Translations under genes and position numbers: made by a program
The notes under the pieces: model-generated
What the model saw: only the letters and a program-made list of their open reading frames with translations
Told to the model about the DNA's origin: nothing
Database searches by the model: none
In this document: positions 1 through 13,515 of the stretch, piece by piece
How positions within the stretch are numbered: position 1 is the first letter of the stretch
How the letters are laid out: each line of letters starts with the position of its first letter
DNA from: Octopus sinensis
Taxonomy: Eukaryota
Direction: 5' to 3'
Assembly (NCBI RefSeq): GCF_006345805.1
Contig: NC_043000.1
Span: 156,178,001 to 156,242,000 of the forward strand
DNA: 64,000 bases

Positions 1-470
1 ACCTATACACTCATATACAAAATGTGTTGTGGTGGTGGTGGTGGTGGTGTCCTTTTCTATTTTGTACGTAAGGAACGCGCTAACACACAGGCACTGACAG
101 ACACATACACACTCATATACAAAATGTGTTGTTGTCGTGGTATAAAATGTCCTTTACTATCTCGTACGTAACGAACGCGCAAACACACACACACACAGAC
201 AGACAGACACATACACACTCATATACAAAATGTGTCGTTGACGTCGTTTAAAATATCCTTTACTATCTCGTGCATAACGAACGCGCAAATGCACACACTG
301 AACGACACATACACATTCATATACAAAATGTGTTGTCGTCGTGGCGTAAAATGTCCTTTACCACGTCGTACGTAACGAACGTGCAAACATACACACACTC
401 ACAGACACATACGCACGCATACACAAAATGTGACGTGGTCGTCATCGTGGTATAAAATGTCCTTTACTAT
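1..470. repeat. Minisatellite, ~5 units of ~100 bp
   Basis: Recurrent CATATACAAAATGTGT..GTGGTATAAAATGTCCTTTACTATCTCGTACGTAACGAACGCGC with (CA)n inside each unit. Runs off the window start. Confidence 0.85.
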
Positions 471-836
471 AGTTGACTATGGAAAGATTATTTTCGAGAA
501 AATGTAATATTATTTTAATCCAAATGAAGATAAAAATTACATGTTAACACTCTCCGCATCTTATACGATTACCTTGTAAAATTTGATTTCATTTGGTGTG
601 CCGGCTGTCTGAGCAACTGGTTGATTTTAATGGCGGGACAAACAGGTAAAAAAATATTAGAAAAATAGCGATTCTCACCTTGAAACTAATTATATTGAAA
701 TTTTTTTTTTAGATTACGGAACGTAATGTATCCATGTCATGTATCCATGTTTTAAATTTCAGTGCGATCGGATGAACAATACTCGAGATATAAACGCACA
801 GACAGACACAGACAGAATATTAAGATGATATACTAT

Positions 837-1345
837 GACGGCAAGCTGGGCAAAATGCTTGGCGGTATTTCGTCTGCCGTTACGTTCTGAGTTCAAATTC
901 CGCCGAGGTCGACTTTGTCTTTCATCCTTACGGGGTCGATAAATTAAGTACCAGTTACGCACTGGGGTCGATGTAATCGACTTAATCCGTTTGTCTGTCC
1001 TTGTTTGTCCCCTCTATGTTTAGCCCCTTGTGGGTAGTAAAGAAATAGGTATTTCGTCAGTTCTGAGTTCAAATTCCGCTGAGGTCGACTTCGCCATTCA
1101 TCCTTTCGGGGTCGATAAATTAAGTACCAGTTACGCACTGGGGTCGATGTAATCGACTTAATCCGTTTGACTGTCCTTGTTTGTCCTCTCTGTGTTTAGC
1201 CTGTTGTGGGTAGTAAAGAAATAGGTATTTCGTCAGTTCTGAGTTCAAATTCCGCTGAGGTCGACTTCGACATTCATCCTTTCGGGGTCGATAAATGAAG
1301 TACCCGTTGTGCACTGGGATCAATCTAATCAACTGCACCCCCCCC
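837..1345 (+). mobile_element. SINE family B with ~3 tandem internal units
   Basis: Head GCTGGGCAAAATGCTT.., repeated ~175-bp unit GTATTTCGTC...GGGGTCGATAAATTAAGTACCAG...AAAGAAATAG (Deu/Nin-domain-like, as recalled). Confidence 0.8.
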
Positions 1346-1440
1346 CTTCTTGTGCCTAGAGTATAAAAGAATATAAGTTATATACTTTAATCTTTTGAAA
1401 ACTGACTTTAATGTGTTATTTCTGTCGGGGTCAATGATTT

Positions 1441-1858
1441 TATTCTTTTGCTTGTTACAGTCATTTAAATGTGGCCATGCTGGAGCACCGTCTTGAATGA
1501 TTTTTAGCCGAATATAAAGCCTGGTACTTATTCTATCGTCTATTTTGCCAAACTGCTAAGTTACTGGTACATAGACACACCGACACCGGTTGTCAAGCGC
1601 TGATGGGGGGGGGGACAAACATGGTCACAACGACACACACACACACAACACACACACACACACACACGCACACACACACACGTATATCTATATCGACAGG
1701 TTTCTTTCAGTTTCCGTCTTCCAGTTCCACTCACAAGGCCTTTGGTCGGCCTGAGAATATAGTAGAAGACACTTGCCGAAGGTGTCACATAATAGGACTG
1801 AATCCGGGACCATGTGGTTGGGAAGCAAGCTTCTTACCACACAGCCACAGCTGCACTG
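1441..1858 (-). mobile_element. tRNA-derived SINE family A
   Basis: Head GGAGTGGCTGTGTGGTAAG..GGTTCAGTCCC, central (TA)/(TG) microsatellite, tail GAAACAAGTAAAAGAG. Confidence 0.85.
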
Positions 1859-2241
1859 ATGTATAATGCTATAAAGTCTGTGAATAGCTTCCATAAAAAC
1901 ATAAAGGCGACTCCATACGATCTGCACTTGTTAGTTTACATTGACCTTTGTAGGTCATCTTAGACAGGGTTACAGGTATTTACTGAGTGATGTTGGCGTT
2001 GTTGATGTGAGATTTGGAATGCTACAATTTTGTGGTTTGCATAGAAAATGTTAAGCGGAGACTGAATTGCAAAAGAATGAAAATCTGGTAAAGAAGAATT
2101 TGGAAAGGAGTCTATGGGGGTGGGAGACACCGTAGGTGACATTAAGGAAGGAGGGGGTAGATGCATCGAATAGCTTTAAAAGTCAGGATTTCTGAAGAAC
2201 ATAGAGCATTAGTATAAAACTCGTAAGAGAGAGAGAGAGAC

Positions 2242-2272
<31 letters not shown>

Positions 2273-2433
2273 CAGAGAGAGACAGACAGAGAGACAGAGA
2301 CAGGGACAGACAGACAGATAGGGACAGACAGACAGAGAGAGAGAGAGGGGGGGGAGACAGGGTTAAGAAGGAGGAACATGTGAGTTAGATTAACATTAGG
2401 CCAAGTGATTGTAGCGTGTTGGTAAGTGTAGAC

Positions 2434-2473
<40 letters not shown>

Positions 2474-2833
2474 TATGGTTTCAGTTATTTTAACAATATT
2501 CCAAATGTGTTTAACTTCGTTAAAGGTCAGCAAGTACTCAGGGTTGTATAGTTCTATAAGAAGCAAGTCAGTATTTGTGCAAATTGTAGTTGTGGGCGGG
2601 GGGGAAATTTAAGACAAGATTTTGTTTCATCGAAAATCGTCTTCGTAAGTTGGAGAGTCACATCTGGTGCGTCGACATAATTTCAAGTTACGCCTGAGGT
2701 TCGTTCGTTCGTTTATTGGTAACCGAAGCGTTGTGGCGCTTGGCTCAATTTCTCACATGAGAGATTCTAGGCATGGAATTCATGTAGGAAATAGAATCAG
2801 AACATTGTTATTAGGTTCACACAAAGAAGAGAA

Positions 2834-3243
2834 AGGAGTGGCTGTGTAGTAAGTAGCTTGCTAACCAACTACATGGTTCCGGGTTCAGTCCCACTGCGTG
2901 GCACCTTCGGCAAGTGTCTTCTACTATAGCCACGGGCCGACCAAAGCTTTGTGAGTGGTTTTGGAAGACGGAAACTGAAAGAAGCCTGTCGTATATATGT
3001 ATATATATATATATATGTGTGTGTGTGTATGTGTTTGTGTGTCTGTGTTTGTCCCCCTAGCATTGCTTGACAACCGATGCTGGTGTGTTTACGTCCCCGT
3101 CCCTTAGCGGTTCGGCAAAAGAGACCGATAGAATAAGTACTGGGCTTACAAAGAATAAGTCCCGGGGTCGATTTGCTCGACAAAAAGGCCGTGCTCCAGC
3201 ATGGCCGCAGTCAAATGACTGAAACAAGTAAAAGAGTAAAGAG
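2834..3243 (+). mobile_element. SINE family A
   Basis: Full-length homolog. Confidence 0.9.
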
Positions 3244-3479
3244 AGAGAGACTCATGGTGAACCATTTCATTTTTTGTTTTTCTTATTAAACTGTACTCTA
3301 AAATAATAATGTGTCTGTGAGAGGAGGACGGAGAGAGAGAGAGAGAGAAAATATGAGAATTCGAGAATCCTAGTTGTGTACGAGCACAGCCTGTGTGCGC
3401 AAATGAATACTCACGCACAAAAAGAAAGTGCAAATTGCCATTTGAAAAGATATGCTTTGTCAACCTTCGAGATTCCGAA

Positions 3480-4056
3480 AAATATCATCTACGTATGATT
3501 TTACTACAAATTTGAACAAATTGCCTCTGAGGTTATACTGAATGAAGATGAATCGCCAAATCAAATTTTCGAAAATATATTGGATCTTTGAAACTTATCA
3601 AACTAAAGAATTAATACCAACGATGGTGATTGTATAAATTAAGAAACTGCCAATATGCTTTATGAGGAAACAGTCACTTAGCAAAACATTGATTTCTACG
3701 ATGATAAAAACAATGAATTCAGTTATCCAATGGAGTTCCTAAACAACTGAAACTTCGGTAAAGATTCCACTCCATCTTTCAGACGTTGATCTTGAAAAAT
3801 ACTTATTCTCTTTTACTCTTTTACTTGTTTCAGTCATTTAACTGCGGCCATGCTGGAGCACCGCCTTTAGTCGAGTAAATCGACCCCAGGACTTATTCTT
3901 TGTAAGCCTAGTACTTATTCTATCGCTCTCTTTTGCCGAACTACTAAGTTACGGGGACTTAAACACACTACCATCGGTTGTCAAGCGAAGTTGGGGGACA
4001 AACACAGACACACAGACATATACACACACATGCATATATATATGTATATATATATA

Positions 4057-4140
<84 letters not shown>

Positions 4141-4650
4141 TACGACGGGCTTCTTTCAGTTTCCGCCTATCAAATTCACTCACAAGGGTTTGGTCGGCCC
4201 GAGGCTATAGTAGAAGACATTTGCCCAAGGTGCCACGCAGTGGGAATGAACCAGGAACCATGTGGCTGGTAAGCAAGCTACTTATCACACGGCCACCCCT
4301 GCGCCTTACGTTGCAATGTTGCAATGCTAGGGCTTCGTAATAAAACAAGAATTTGAATAACCCACTTTCATAAGCGTGTGTTTGAAAACGACATTGTTAC
4401 AAAATGTGAACATTATGGAACCCAAGTCATTCTGCTAAGAATTAGTCTGAGATCATCAGACGTCACTCTGCCATTTTACTCATGCGCGATTATAGCTTCC
4501 AATTTCTATGAGTCTCGTAATAGCAGTCAATGATATCAGTCATTCAATAAAATAAACTTCTTACTCACTGATCTAATTTACACCCGGAGTTATATGCAAT
4601 TGTAAATAGCTCTTCCCGGAACTATAGAGAGTGCTGCAGGAATTGTGACG
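3480..4650 (+). pseudogene. Decayed Helitron Pif1-helicase fragment interrupted by a SINE
   Basis: SYPMEFLN (cf. YPVEFLNS), VILLRISLRSSDVTLPF (cf. IPRITLxPSDxxLPF), QLxIAL (cf. HGQLYVALSR). Many stops. Confidence 0.65.
3808..4305 (-). mobile_element. SINE family A with expanded (TA)n
   Basis: Full-length homolog. Confidence 0.9.
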
Positions 4651-4785
4651 ATGTCGGAAGATGTCACCAATCCCATGTACATTCAAGTTTTCTTAAATTT
4701 TGTACCATCCGAATATTTAATTTAGAAAACTTTACAAATGCATATGCGTTTTAGTACTGTTTAATCTGATTCAGTTTTACTGTTT

Positions 4786-4786
<1 letters not shown>

Positions 4787-4843
<57 letters not shown>

Positions 4844-5344
4844 TAATAATAATAATAATATTATTATATGCCGATACACACAGATAGAGAAATTAAGGCC
4901 AACAGACCAGATATAGTTTGTCAGAGATCATGAAGAAAAAAATGCTTTCTAATTGATGTATCAATACCGGCTGATGACAACGTGTCTCTAAAAGAAATGG
5001 AGAAACTCTCAAAATACAAAGACCTGGAAATAGAGGTAACTAGAATGTGGAGTCTAAAAACAGAAACAATTCCTATCATAGTAGGTGCATTAGGTATGAT
5101 AAAAAAATATTAGGACAAATACATAACAAAAACACCAGGACTAACAAATATATATAACATACAGAAAAATTGCACTACTGGGCACTGCACACATCCTACG
5201 CAAAACACTTTCAATACAGTAACCATCAGAGAATCGCAACAAACCACAGCACATACCCAATGCACACAGAGCTGCGCTCAGTAGTGAAGTGAAAGCACGA
5301 TATATAAAAAAAAACTACTAAATAATAATAATAATAATAATAAT

Positions 5345-5380
<36 letters not shown>

Positions 5381-5608
5381 TAACGACTATGACAGCATCT
5401 ACTGCTGCCGAATAAAGTGCAAACAGACACTTTCGTATTATATAAGAAAATATTTCAAACATTGGAGATTGTAACTTCATCGAACGAATAACTGAAATTG
5501 TCGACTGACGTGGACACTCGACTTGAAAGAACTAGCAGCCAAATTTTCCTTCAATTCGCCCCCTACTGCCTTAAATATGAAGGGACCTATTTGGGTTGTG
5601 TAGTTTGA

Positions 5609-5676
<68 letters not shown>

Positions 5677-6116
5677 CATAAATGCCCTGATGCAGTACCA
5701 GGCAGTGGCTCTCATGGCTTCTGATCTTAACTGATTGGAAGTGTTATCATGTACATTGTTTTGTCTTGGTATAAAAGATGGGCTACAGCAAATATTCTGC
5801 TCAATACCACAGATTTGCTTGTCAGTTGTTTGACCTTAACCAGTTGAGCATGTCCCTTAGTGGCTGACGATATGTGCATCTCTGATCACAAGCAGAAGTA
5901 GTGGAGGAGCATCATTGAGAAGAGCATTGTCGATGTGAGAACTATTACTACCCATGTATTTTAATTTAACTTTATTTCTATAAAAAAAAAATGAACGAAC
6001 TAGTGAGTTTAGTTTAATGTCCTACCAATGTATACTATGAGTTTCTTTGCCCTAGGAGTCGGGAAGACACCCGGCAAGAAATGGAAGCAAATTTGAAAGA
6101 AGAAGAAAAACCCATA

Positions 6117-6184
<68 letters not shown>

Positions 6185-6185
6185 T
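4787..6185. repeat. Cluster of (TAA)n microsatellites (4787-4866, 5320-5380, 5608-5678, 6115-6185)
   Basis: Direct reading. Confidence 0.95.
4868..5317 (+). mobile_element. R4/Dong-clade non-LTR retrotransposon 3' end (restriction-like endonuclease) in (TAA)n
   Basis: RPDIV..FLIDVSIP..KEMEKLSKYKDL..PIIVGALG with frameshifts, flanked on both sides by (TAA)n arrays. Confidence 0.8.
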
Positions 6186-6388
6186 AATAAAGACAGATGA
6201 TTGCTGTGATAAAGCCTTTCATCAGACGTCTGCTTGTTGTGGATCAATCTAAAGATAAACAATATCAAAATTCGGATATATGATTGAACGAAGGGGCCTC
6301 TACTTGTTCGCTCGATCTGCTACAAATAGCAGTTAAAAGCCTTTTCAAATCTATACATACCATCTTACACAAATAAAAGGAAGTGTAA

Positions 6389-6772
6389 TCTTTATATATA
6401 AAAGTGAGGTTGTGTGCTGTCTGTCTCTTACGATTTAGATTCACATTTTGCGGTACAGTTTAACCAAAACCGGGTATCTTATAGTCGTGATTCATATCGA
6501 GCCCTTCTGGGTATTAGCGCGCGTTTACGATGAGTCTACGATTTAAAAAAAAATTTACCATCATTTTTTTCCATTTTAATGCATTTTTTTCGCTATTATA
6601 TAAGGGAAGTAACTCTCTAAAAATGTCTACGATGAGTCAACGATTAAAAAAACCATCATTTTTTTTTCCATTTTTAATGCATTTTTTTGCTATTTTTTGG
6701 CTATAACTCTCTAAAAATGCTTATATAGTTATTTCCCTCACCAATCCGCGCAACGCCGGGCGATACTGCTAG
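6389..6772 (+). mobile_element. Non-autonomous Helitron
   Basis: A|TC 5' end, GC-rich subterminal hairpin (CCGCGCAACGCCGGG), CTAG|T 3' end, no TSD. Confidence 0.75.
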
Positions 6773-7054
6773 TCCTAAATATATTATAACTAGATATTAA
6801 ATAAAGCAAAAATGGGATGATCACAGTTAAAACCTCTTAGTCATAGGTTTGCTCGTTCTGAGTTGAATTGGACTAAGCAACAACAATAGCAACAACAGCA
6901 GCAACAATGTCCAGTTTCCCACAATGGAGTAGTCGTGTTGTCTGTATATTGGTGAGTAAGTCGTTCGTGCGGATGTGGCAATATTCGAGCAAAATTAGGC
7001 AACGTACAACACAGTATAGAAACATATTAAGGCTATATGAGAAGTCGTATTGTA

Positions 7055-7495
7055 CGAGGTGTATTCCAGAAGTTCTGAGACTTTCGGGAGAGAAATTTAT
7101 TAATTTCAAAGTACAAAACTCTAATCTTTTTTAAAGCAGGATCCGCCAACTTCGTGAAGGCCCCATGGAGGTCCTCTAAAATGAAGGTGTCCAGAAAATT
7201 TTTCATGGCCTCCTTCATCTCCTTCATCTTAAGGAACAACGAAAAGTTACAAGGAGCAAGGTTTGGACTGTATGCAGGAAGGGTAAGGGACAGTTTTTGA
7301 CACCCGTCTTTGACAAGTAATTGATTACCACCAGGATGGAATCGTGAACTGGTGCATTGTCCTTGTGCAGGTGCTCTGGCCTTTTTGCAGCGAAATCTCT
7401 TCCTGAACTCCCTCAAAACTTCCACTAAGTACTCTTTGTTGACCTTCCGGCCAGAAGGGCCCTGCTGGATATATATGATGCCCTTACTATCAAAA
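7055..7495 (-). mobile_element. mariner transposase 3' fragment with terminal repeat
   Basis: FDSKGII, LHKDNAPVH (shifted frame) and YSPNLAPCNF motifs. TA-CGAGG... TIR at 7053-7082. Confidence 0.85.
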
Positions 7496-7775
7496 ACAAG
7501 GGCAGCGGACTCGCGGTCGGAGGATCGCGGTTTCGATTCCCAGACCTGGCGTTGTGTTTGTTTATTGAGCGAAAACACCTAAAGCTCCACGAGCTCCGGC
7601 AGTGGGTGGTGGTGACCCCTGTACTTTCGTCCCAACTTTCTCTCACTCTCTCTTCCTGTTTCTTGAGTAACGCTGCGATGGACTGGCGTCCCGTACAGCT
7701 GTGGGGAACACATACGCTAGAGAAACCGAGAAACCGGGCCCATGAGCCTGGCTAGGCTTGAAAAGGGCGAAAGAA
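7496..7775 (+). mobile_element. SINE with a family C head and a different 3' half
   Basis: Matches family C up to ...CTTCCTGTTTCT, then continues GCTGCGATGGACTGGCGTCCCGT. Confidence 0.7.
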
Positions 7776-8289
7776 AAAGAAAATGACAGGTAGTGCTCAG
7801 TAAGATGTATTCAAAGTGCTGTTGCAGCCGTCTCCTTGAATCTAGAATAGTAAAAGTTGACAGGTCACCTTGGTTAGATGCTTACTAAAATTACAATAAC
7901 CCGGGACAATTATAACTGCCTCTCCTAAAAATAAAGTCTCAAAACTTCTGGAATGCACCTCGTAAATGAGTCTTTTTGAAACTACCTGAACTTCAACACG
8001 AATAGACAGTTACCAGAAAATAAATATATATGTATTGTTTTGTGTAGTTTGGGTTCTAATGGGACAGACAACCAAATGAAAGCCATTGCTATTGTTAACG
8101 TGTTTATTTACTGTTCATGTTACACGGACTCGACATTCAGCGTAGTAATACATTATATACTTTACACACAGTTTGTATTGTTCACTAACAAAATAGTGCC
8201 AAAAGTGGAGATGTATTCTATACAAGTGTGCCAACGTATACACACAGATATGAATGTGTAACATGTACGCATGCACATGTGATGTGCCT

Positions 8290-10570
8290 TCGTTAGATGT
8301 GTTTGCATCAGTACAAGCTTTGTAAATTTCATCAATACTGCTTCCGGTATGCGGTGTATGTAAGAACTTTCGCACTAAATTCTTACAGACAAAATCCTGA
8401 GACCGTATAGTAATATCAGTTGGAACATATGTTTTAACTATTTGATGTCTGGGTAGTAGTTTCTCAGACATATATTACCACAGTCGATGCACATAATCAG
8501 ATGCATCGCGTATCTGGTATCGAGTGAGTCGATAAGGTGACCGCGGATCATTTTTATTTAAACTCGTTAAACGACTGTAATTCTTCCAGCGTTAAAATAA
8601 ATTTCTCGTTCTTATTTTCCGGATTATGTAACAATTCTGTGTTGTTCGTTCAAGCACAATATAGAATAAAACGTCTGCAGAAATTCATTAGACCAAGGAA
8701 TTCACGTAATTTTCGTAAAGAAGTGGAGGCTGGGAACTGCACAATTGCATCTACTTTTTCCATCAAAGGAGAATACCATTGCTATCAATGATATGGTTTT
8801 AAAAGGTTAAAGACAAAACAAAGAGATGGATACATGGATTAATCACCATGTTGTAATGTAATAATCTAATCAAGTGTTGATTTAGTTTATGTTCATACTC
8901 TGATTCTAAAGTACTGCCAAGCAACAAATCAACGATATAAGAAAAACAAACTTCAAACCGTGAGTCACTTCATCAATAAATCAGTGGAAGGAATTTGCAT
9001 AATTTCTGAGCCCAAAATGTTTACCCAAAACGTATGGTTATAACAGCTTATATGAATACCATTGGGTTCTGTTGGAATATAGTTGTATGCATGAAATAAA
9101 TCAATGTTTGAAGAAACTGTAGCATCATGTTGAGAAGGTGAGAAAACTTAAATGCAAAGAATAAGATATTCATCCGGCACCATTCTGGAATTTAACATTC
9201 TGTAGTCCTCACTGGGACGCATATCATTTTCGGTCTTTATCGGAACCACACTTAGAGGAGAAGCCTTATTACTAGAAAAATGTTGAATAATACCAAGCTG
9301 TAACATGAGGCCTAATTTCTCTTTTGCAATTTTCATTCTGTCTGAAGCAAGACGTCTCGGACAAGCGTCATCACTCGCTGAAAATCGGGTGAGTGATGTC
9401 CAGAAATCAACTAAAAAAGAGCATAATTATTGATCGATTAGAAACTACGAAGAAAAGAAGACTGATGGCAGCAGTCTTTGCACTAACGCTGCATGTCAAT
9501 AATTTAATCGTAGAATCAATTGTTTTTGTCTTTTTATTCAACTGGGAAACCAAAATGATGATGAAGATCAGTACAGACAATTGGGTACAGAAGATCGGTT
9601 GTGACGAAAATCCATTTGAAAACTTAAAGTAAACTCAAGTCCAATGGGCATTGCTGAATGGTTTACAGCTTGCAAAGTAACTGCTGACAGCTGTCGCGTG
9701 CCTTGTAAACAAGCTGTAAGGCCAAACACTGCACCCAGCATCAGTATTGACTAGAAAGTGTGATTTCGAAGAAGAATAAAAAATATAAAATAAGCGACTT
9801 TCTGTAGAAACTACCAGGTGATGAAATCGCTGCTAATCCCTCGAGTTTGCGTGCCTGTTGCTTTGAAGCAGATTGAAAGGAACCACATGAAAACAACGAT
9901 AAATATTCGAACCGAATCTGTAATGATGCCAATACTGTGTATGATAATTTTCGCGCGCGAACTAGAGAAATGGTTTAGCGTCGAATTTCTGAAAGGGGAA
10001 GTCGAGCATGTGGGAAAATGTAGTATTTTGAGTTGTTCCTTTTTTTTTTTTTTTTTTGTCCGTGAATACCTAAATCTTGTCTTCGGAAAACTTACAGAAC
10101 GCCACTAACTCTGAAGAAATAAATAAAACACAAAAAGTAGAGGAAGCTGGAAGTAAAATGTCGACAATGCCATCAACTAAAGCTGTGATCCATTATTGAT
10201 GCAAAGATTCCTTGTACATTCGGTGGTAAACATGGCAGGAATGAATAACTGTTTCATAAAAGATTCCTCCAAGGAATTATTTTCTAGCAATCGCTTCATT
10301 TCTTGCAGGAGTTGTGACGGCTTTTTATCTCCTAAAGTTTCACTGTGTGGAAGTTGATCTAAACACTTTTGCTAGGAGATGAATGCGCGCTTTAATACCT
10401 CCAATTAAATTTTCTGAAATGGTTCCTGTAGGAGCAGTAACTAAGTACTTTACTTTAACGCTTAAGGCTCACAGAAGGACGTTCATTAACAAATTGATCT
10501 GGTGAGATTCTGACAGAAAAGTGTGCTTCCAACTTAACAGTGAGGATTGAACAGAAGGTGTAAGTATTGC
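8290..10570 (-). pseudogene. Decayed Gypsy (CsRn1-like) gag-pol
   Basis: Manual minus-strand translation: gag KPSQLLQEMKRLL/LPPNVQ (~10150-10560), PR SRLFY...FLVNTDAG (~9640-9770), RT PRRLASD..ASPLSVVP..DYRMLN, FGLRNYANSF, LREFLGLMNFCRRFI, RH start DASDY, then a possible GPY/F-like tail. Many stops and frameshifts; no LTRs found. Confidence 0.8.
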
Positions 10571-11239
10571 CGTATTTCATAAAATTAAGATGATTTCTTC
10601 TGATTTGTAAAATTTGTCAAGCAGCGTGGTGAAGAAGCATTTTATGGATGCAAATTATTTTGGCTTTTCATTAATGACGAGTGAGAGGGTGTAGGCAAAT
10701 TTCACTGGTATTTGTGGGGCGAGGGAGCCAGTACATGTTTGTTTGAAAAACATCGCCCTAGAACTCTGTAGTATGGATCTGTTAGAGTTACCAATTGAAG
10801 TAACGCTGTAAAACCGACTGGTACTTTATTGACATTCATTACTGAATATGCTCTCCTGATCTGGGATATATCAAACAGATTTACAGGTTTGGAGTAAGGC
10901 TCCAGCAGAGCTTTGAATCATCGCTCTCAGATTTTCCCTGCTAAGGATCTACTATACTGCCATAAAATGCAATAAATCACCATAAAATACAATGGCTCGA
11001 CCAGTCAGCATTGACTAACTTCTTATGGATGATGCAACGAACTTCAAAGGAAGTGTGCGAATTTTTCTATTAAACAACCGGATCGAAAGTTCTGGAAATT
11101 TTTGTTTACGATTATAAAAGATTGGCAAATTCAACTTCAGATAAGAGTCACTCAACAGTCGACGCGGAACTTAGTATCTTTGCTGGGTGATTTGGTCTCA
11201 GCGTCTTTTACTTTTCCTACTTAACATACTTGTGCCGTG

Positions 11240-11621
11240 GGAGGCGCAATGGCCCAGTGGTTAGGGCAGCGGACTCGCGGTCGTAGGATCGCGGTCCCGA
11301 TTCCCAGACCGGGCGTTGTGAGTGTTTATTGAGCGAAAACACCTAAAAGCTCCACGAGGCTTCGGCAGGGATGGTGGTGATCCCTGCTGTACCCTTTCAC
11401 CACAACTTTCCCTCACTCTTACTTCCTGTTTCTGTTGTACCTGTATTTCAAAGGGCCGGCCTTGTCACTCTCTGTGTCACGCTGAATATCCCCGAGAACT
11501 ACGTTAAGGGTACACGTGTCTGTGGAGTGCTCAGCCACTTACACGTTAATTTCACGAGCAGGCTGTTCCGTTGATCGGATCAACCGGAACCCTCGTCGTC
11601 GTAACCGACGGAGTGCTTCCT
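11240..11621 (+). mobile_element. tRNA-derived SINE family C
   Basis: A-box TGGCCCAGTGG, B-box-like GTCCCGATTCC, 13-bp TSD with 1 mismatch. Confidence 0.9.
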
Positions 11622-12637
11622 TACTGGTGCCGTGATCGACAAAGGTCCCAATCTTGAGTTTTAATATTGAATCTCGCTTATATATTACTTACATGCTGTA
11701 ATTTAACCTTTATTTATTTTATCTGTCTTCTATAACTATAAACTACCTTGATAATATTATCTAGAATGTTGTATTACAGAAGATCCCAAATTTATTATTT
11801 CATGAACGTTGTTCCATAAATCAAATAATTATACACAGGTAAATATGATACAGGTTAATAAAATTGTATAAAAACTCAAATATTACTGTGGTCATTCCTG
11901 TCTTCACACGCAGCCAGATATTACGAAATACCGAGGACAATTAATGCTTTACACTAAAAATATAATGTGTCACTCGATTTAACACTAATATCTGGTCCTT
12001 GAATGACTACAAATTAATCAGCTACTCCACGCACTTATACTAGGTCTCTGGGCTTCCTACCAGTCATGTAGATCCTGCAAAGCTTTCCCGGCTCTGCCCT
12101 TCCTCTGAAAAAAAAATAATGAATAATAAAATATAAAATAAGATGTACTTGACGTTGCAAAAACCGGAAAAGGCTTGGTATCAGCCAATGTGGACAACGG
12201 AAGTTTGAAAAGCGATTAAGTTTTATTTTTTTATTTAATACTCTGTCTGACATCCTAACATCCCACCTAATGTCTTTCCTAAATTGAATTTTAATTCAAT
12301 AATTATTGTTTCTAACATAGACAAAGAACCAGTTGTGGAAACTGCGTTGAACATTTCAACTTCATTAAACTAACCAATGAGGGAGTTTCAACGTCTTCAC
12401 TCTGAAAACTCTTATGTTGCATTTACAGCCTCAAATACACAGTAACTCAATAAAAGACTGTATGATCACAGCTAGAACACTTTTGACCGTAGGTCTCTCA
12501 ATCAAGACTGGCCTGGGGCCAAGCAACTGCGACAACAAAACCTGAGCTTCCTCCATTGTAAATTACTGAACCAGAAAGATATCAGCTCAACAAGTCAAGT
12601 TGAAAGAAAGAAAGAAAAAGAGAAAGAAAGAAGGATG

Positions 12638-12638
12638 T

Positions 12639-12713
<75 letters not shown>

Positions 12714-12770
12714 TAGACAGATAGATAGATAGACAGATAGATAGATAGACAGACAGGTAGATAGATAGAT

Positions 12771-12843
<73 letters not shown>

Positions 12844-12860
12844 TAGACAGATAGACAGAT

Positions 12861-12927
<67 letters not shown>
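12638..12927. repeat. (GATA)n/(GACA)n microsatellite
   Basis: Direct reading. A second array lies at 13417-13528. Confidence 0.97.
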
Positions 12928-12928
<1 letters not shown>

Positions 12929-13416
12929 GTTTATTTATTGGCCACACAGGGCTGCACACAGATGGGACAAGTTACAAGGTAGAGCTTTTCTTTTGGGGGA
13001 TGAAGAGAACAAAAAACAAAAGAGAAAAAAAAGGGGGTGGCGTAGGTTTTCGATCAAGAGGGATCGTAAAAGGGAAGAAAAGAACAAAAAAAAGCAAAAA
13101 AAAAAGGAAAAGGAACAAAAGGAAAGAGAAATGAAAAAAGAAAAAAGGGGAAGAGGAAAAAAAAGAACGATCAATAGGGATCGTGTATCACAGTGTTATG
13201 ATATATGGTGTAAAGGGGAAAGCAAGTAAGGTTTATCCGTGGGAAGAAAAGCCTACGAAAAAGACCACGGTAACCTTGGTCAATATTGTTATATGTTACC
13301 ACATTTGTTTGCAAGTGGGTAACCCTCTGTTTTCAATTTCTGGGTTCATAGGATTATGCTCAAGGTGGCTTCGTCACTCATACGTGCCATCCTTGCTACA
13401 TTCACCCATCTTTTTA
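12928..13416 (-). mobile_element. 5'-truncated L1/Tx1-like LINE 3' end between (GATA)n arrays
   Basis: Minus-strand ORF end KRWVNVARMARMSDEATLSIIL-stop (13346-13414), T-rich 3' UTR, and AATAAATAAA directly abutting (TATC)n. Confidence 0.55.
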
Positions 13417-13435
13417 GACAGACAGACAGACAGAC

Positions 13436-13515
<80 letters not shown>

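Noticed and set aside
11240-11320. tRNA genes at SINE heads (families A, C, D)
   Set aside because: Only A/B-box-like heads without a full cloverleaf. They continue into SINE bodies with TSDs.
12993-13229. Lys/Arg-rich ORF
   Set aside because: It is the A-rich complement of a LINE's T-rich 3' UTR.
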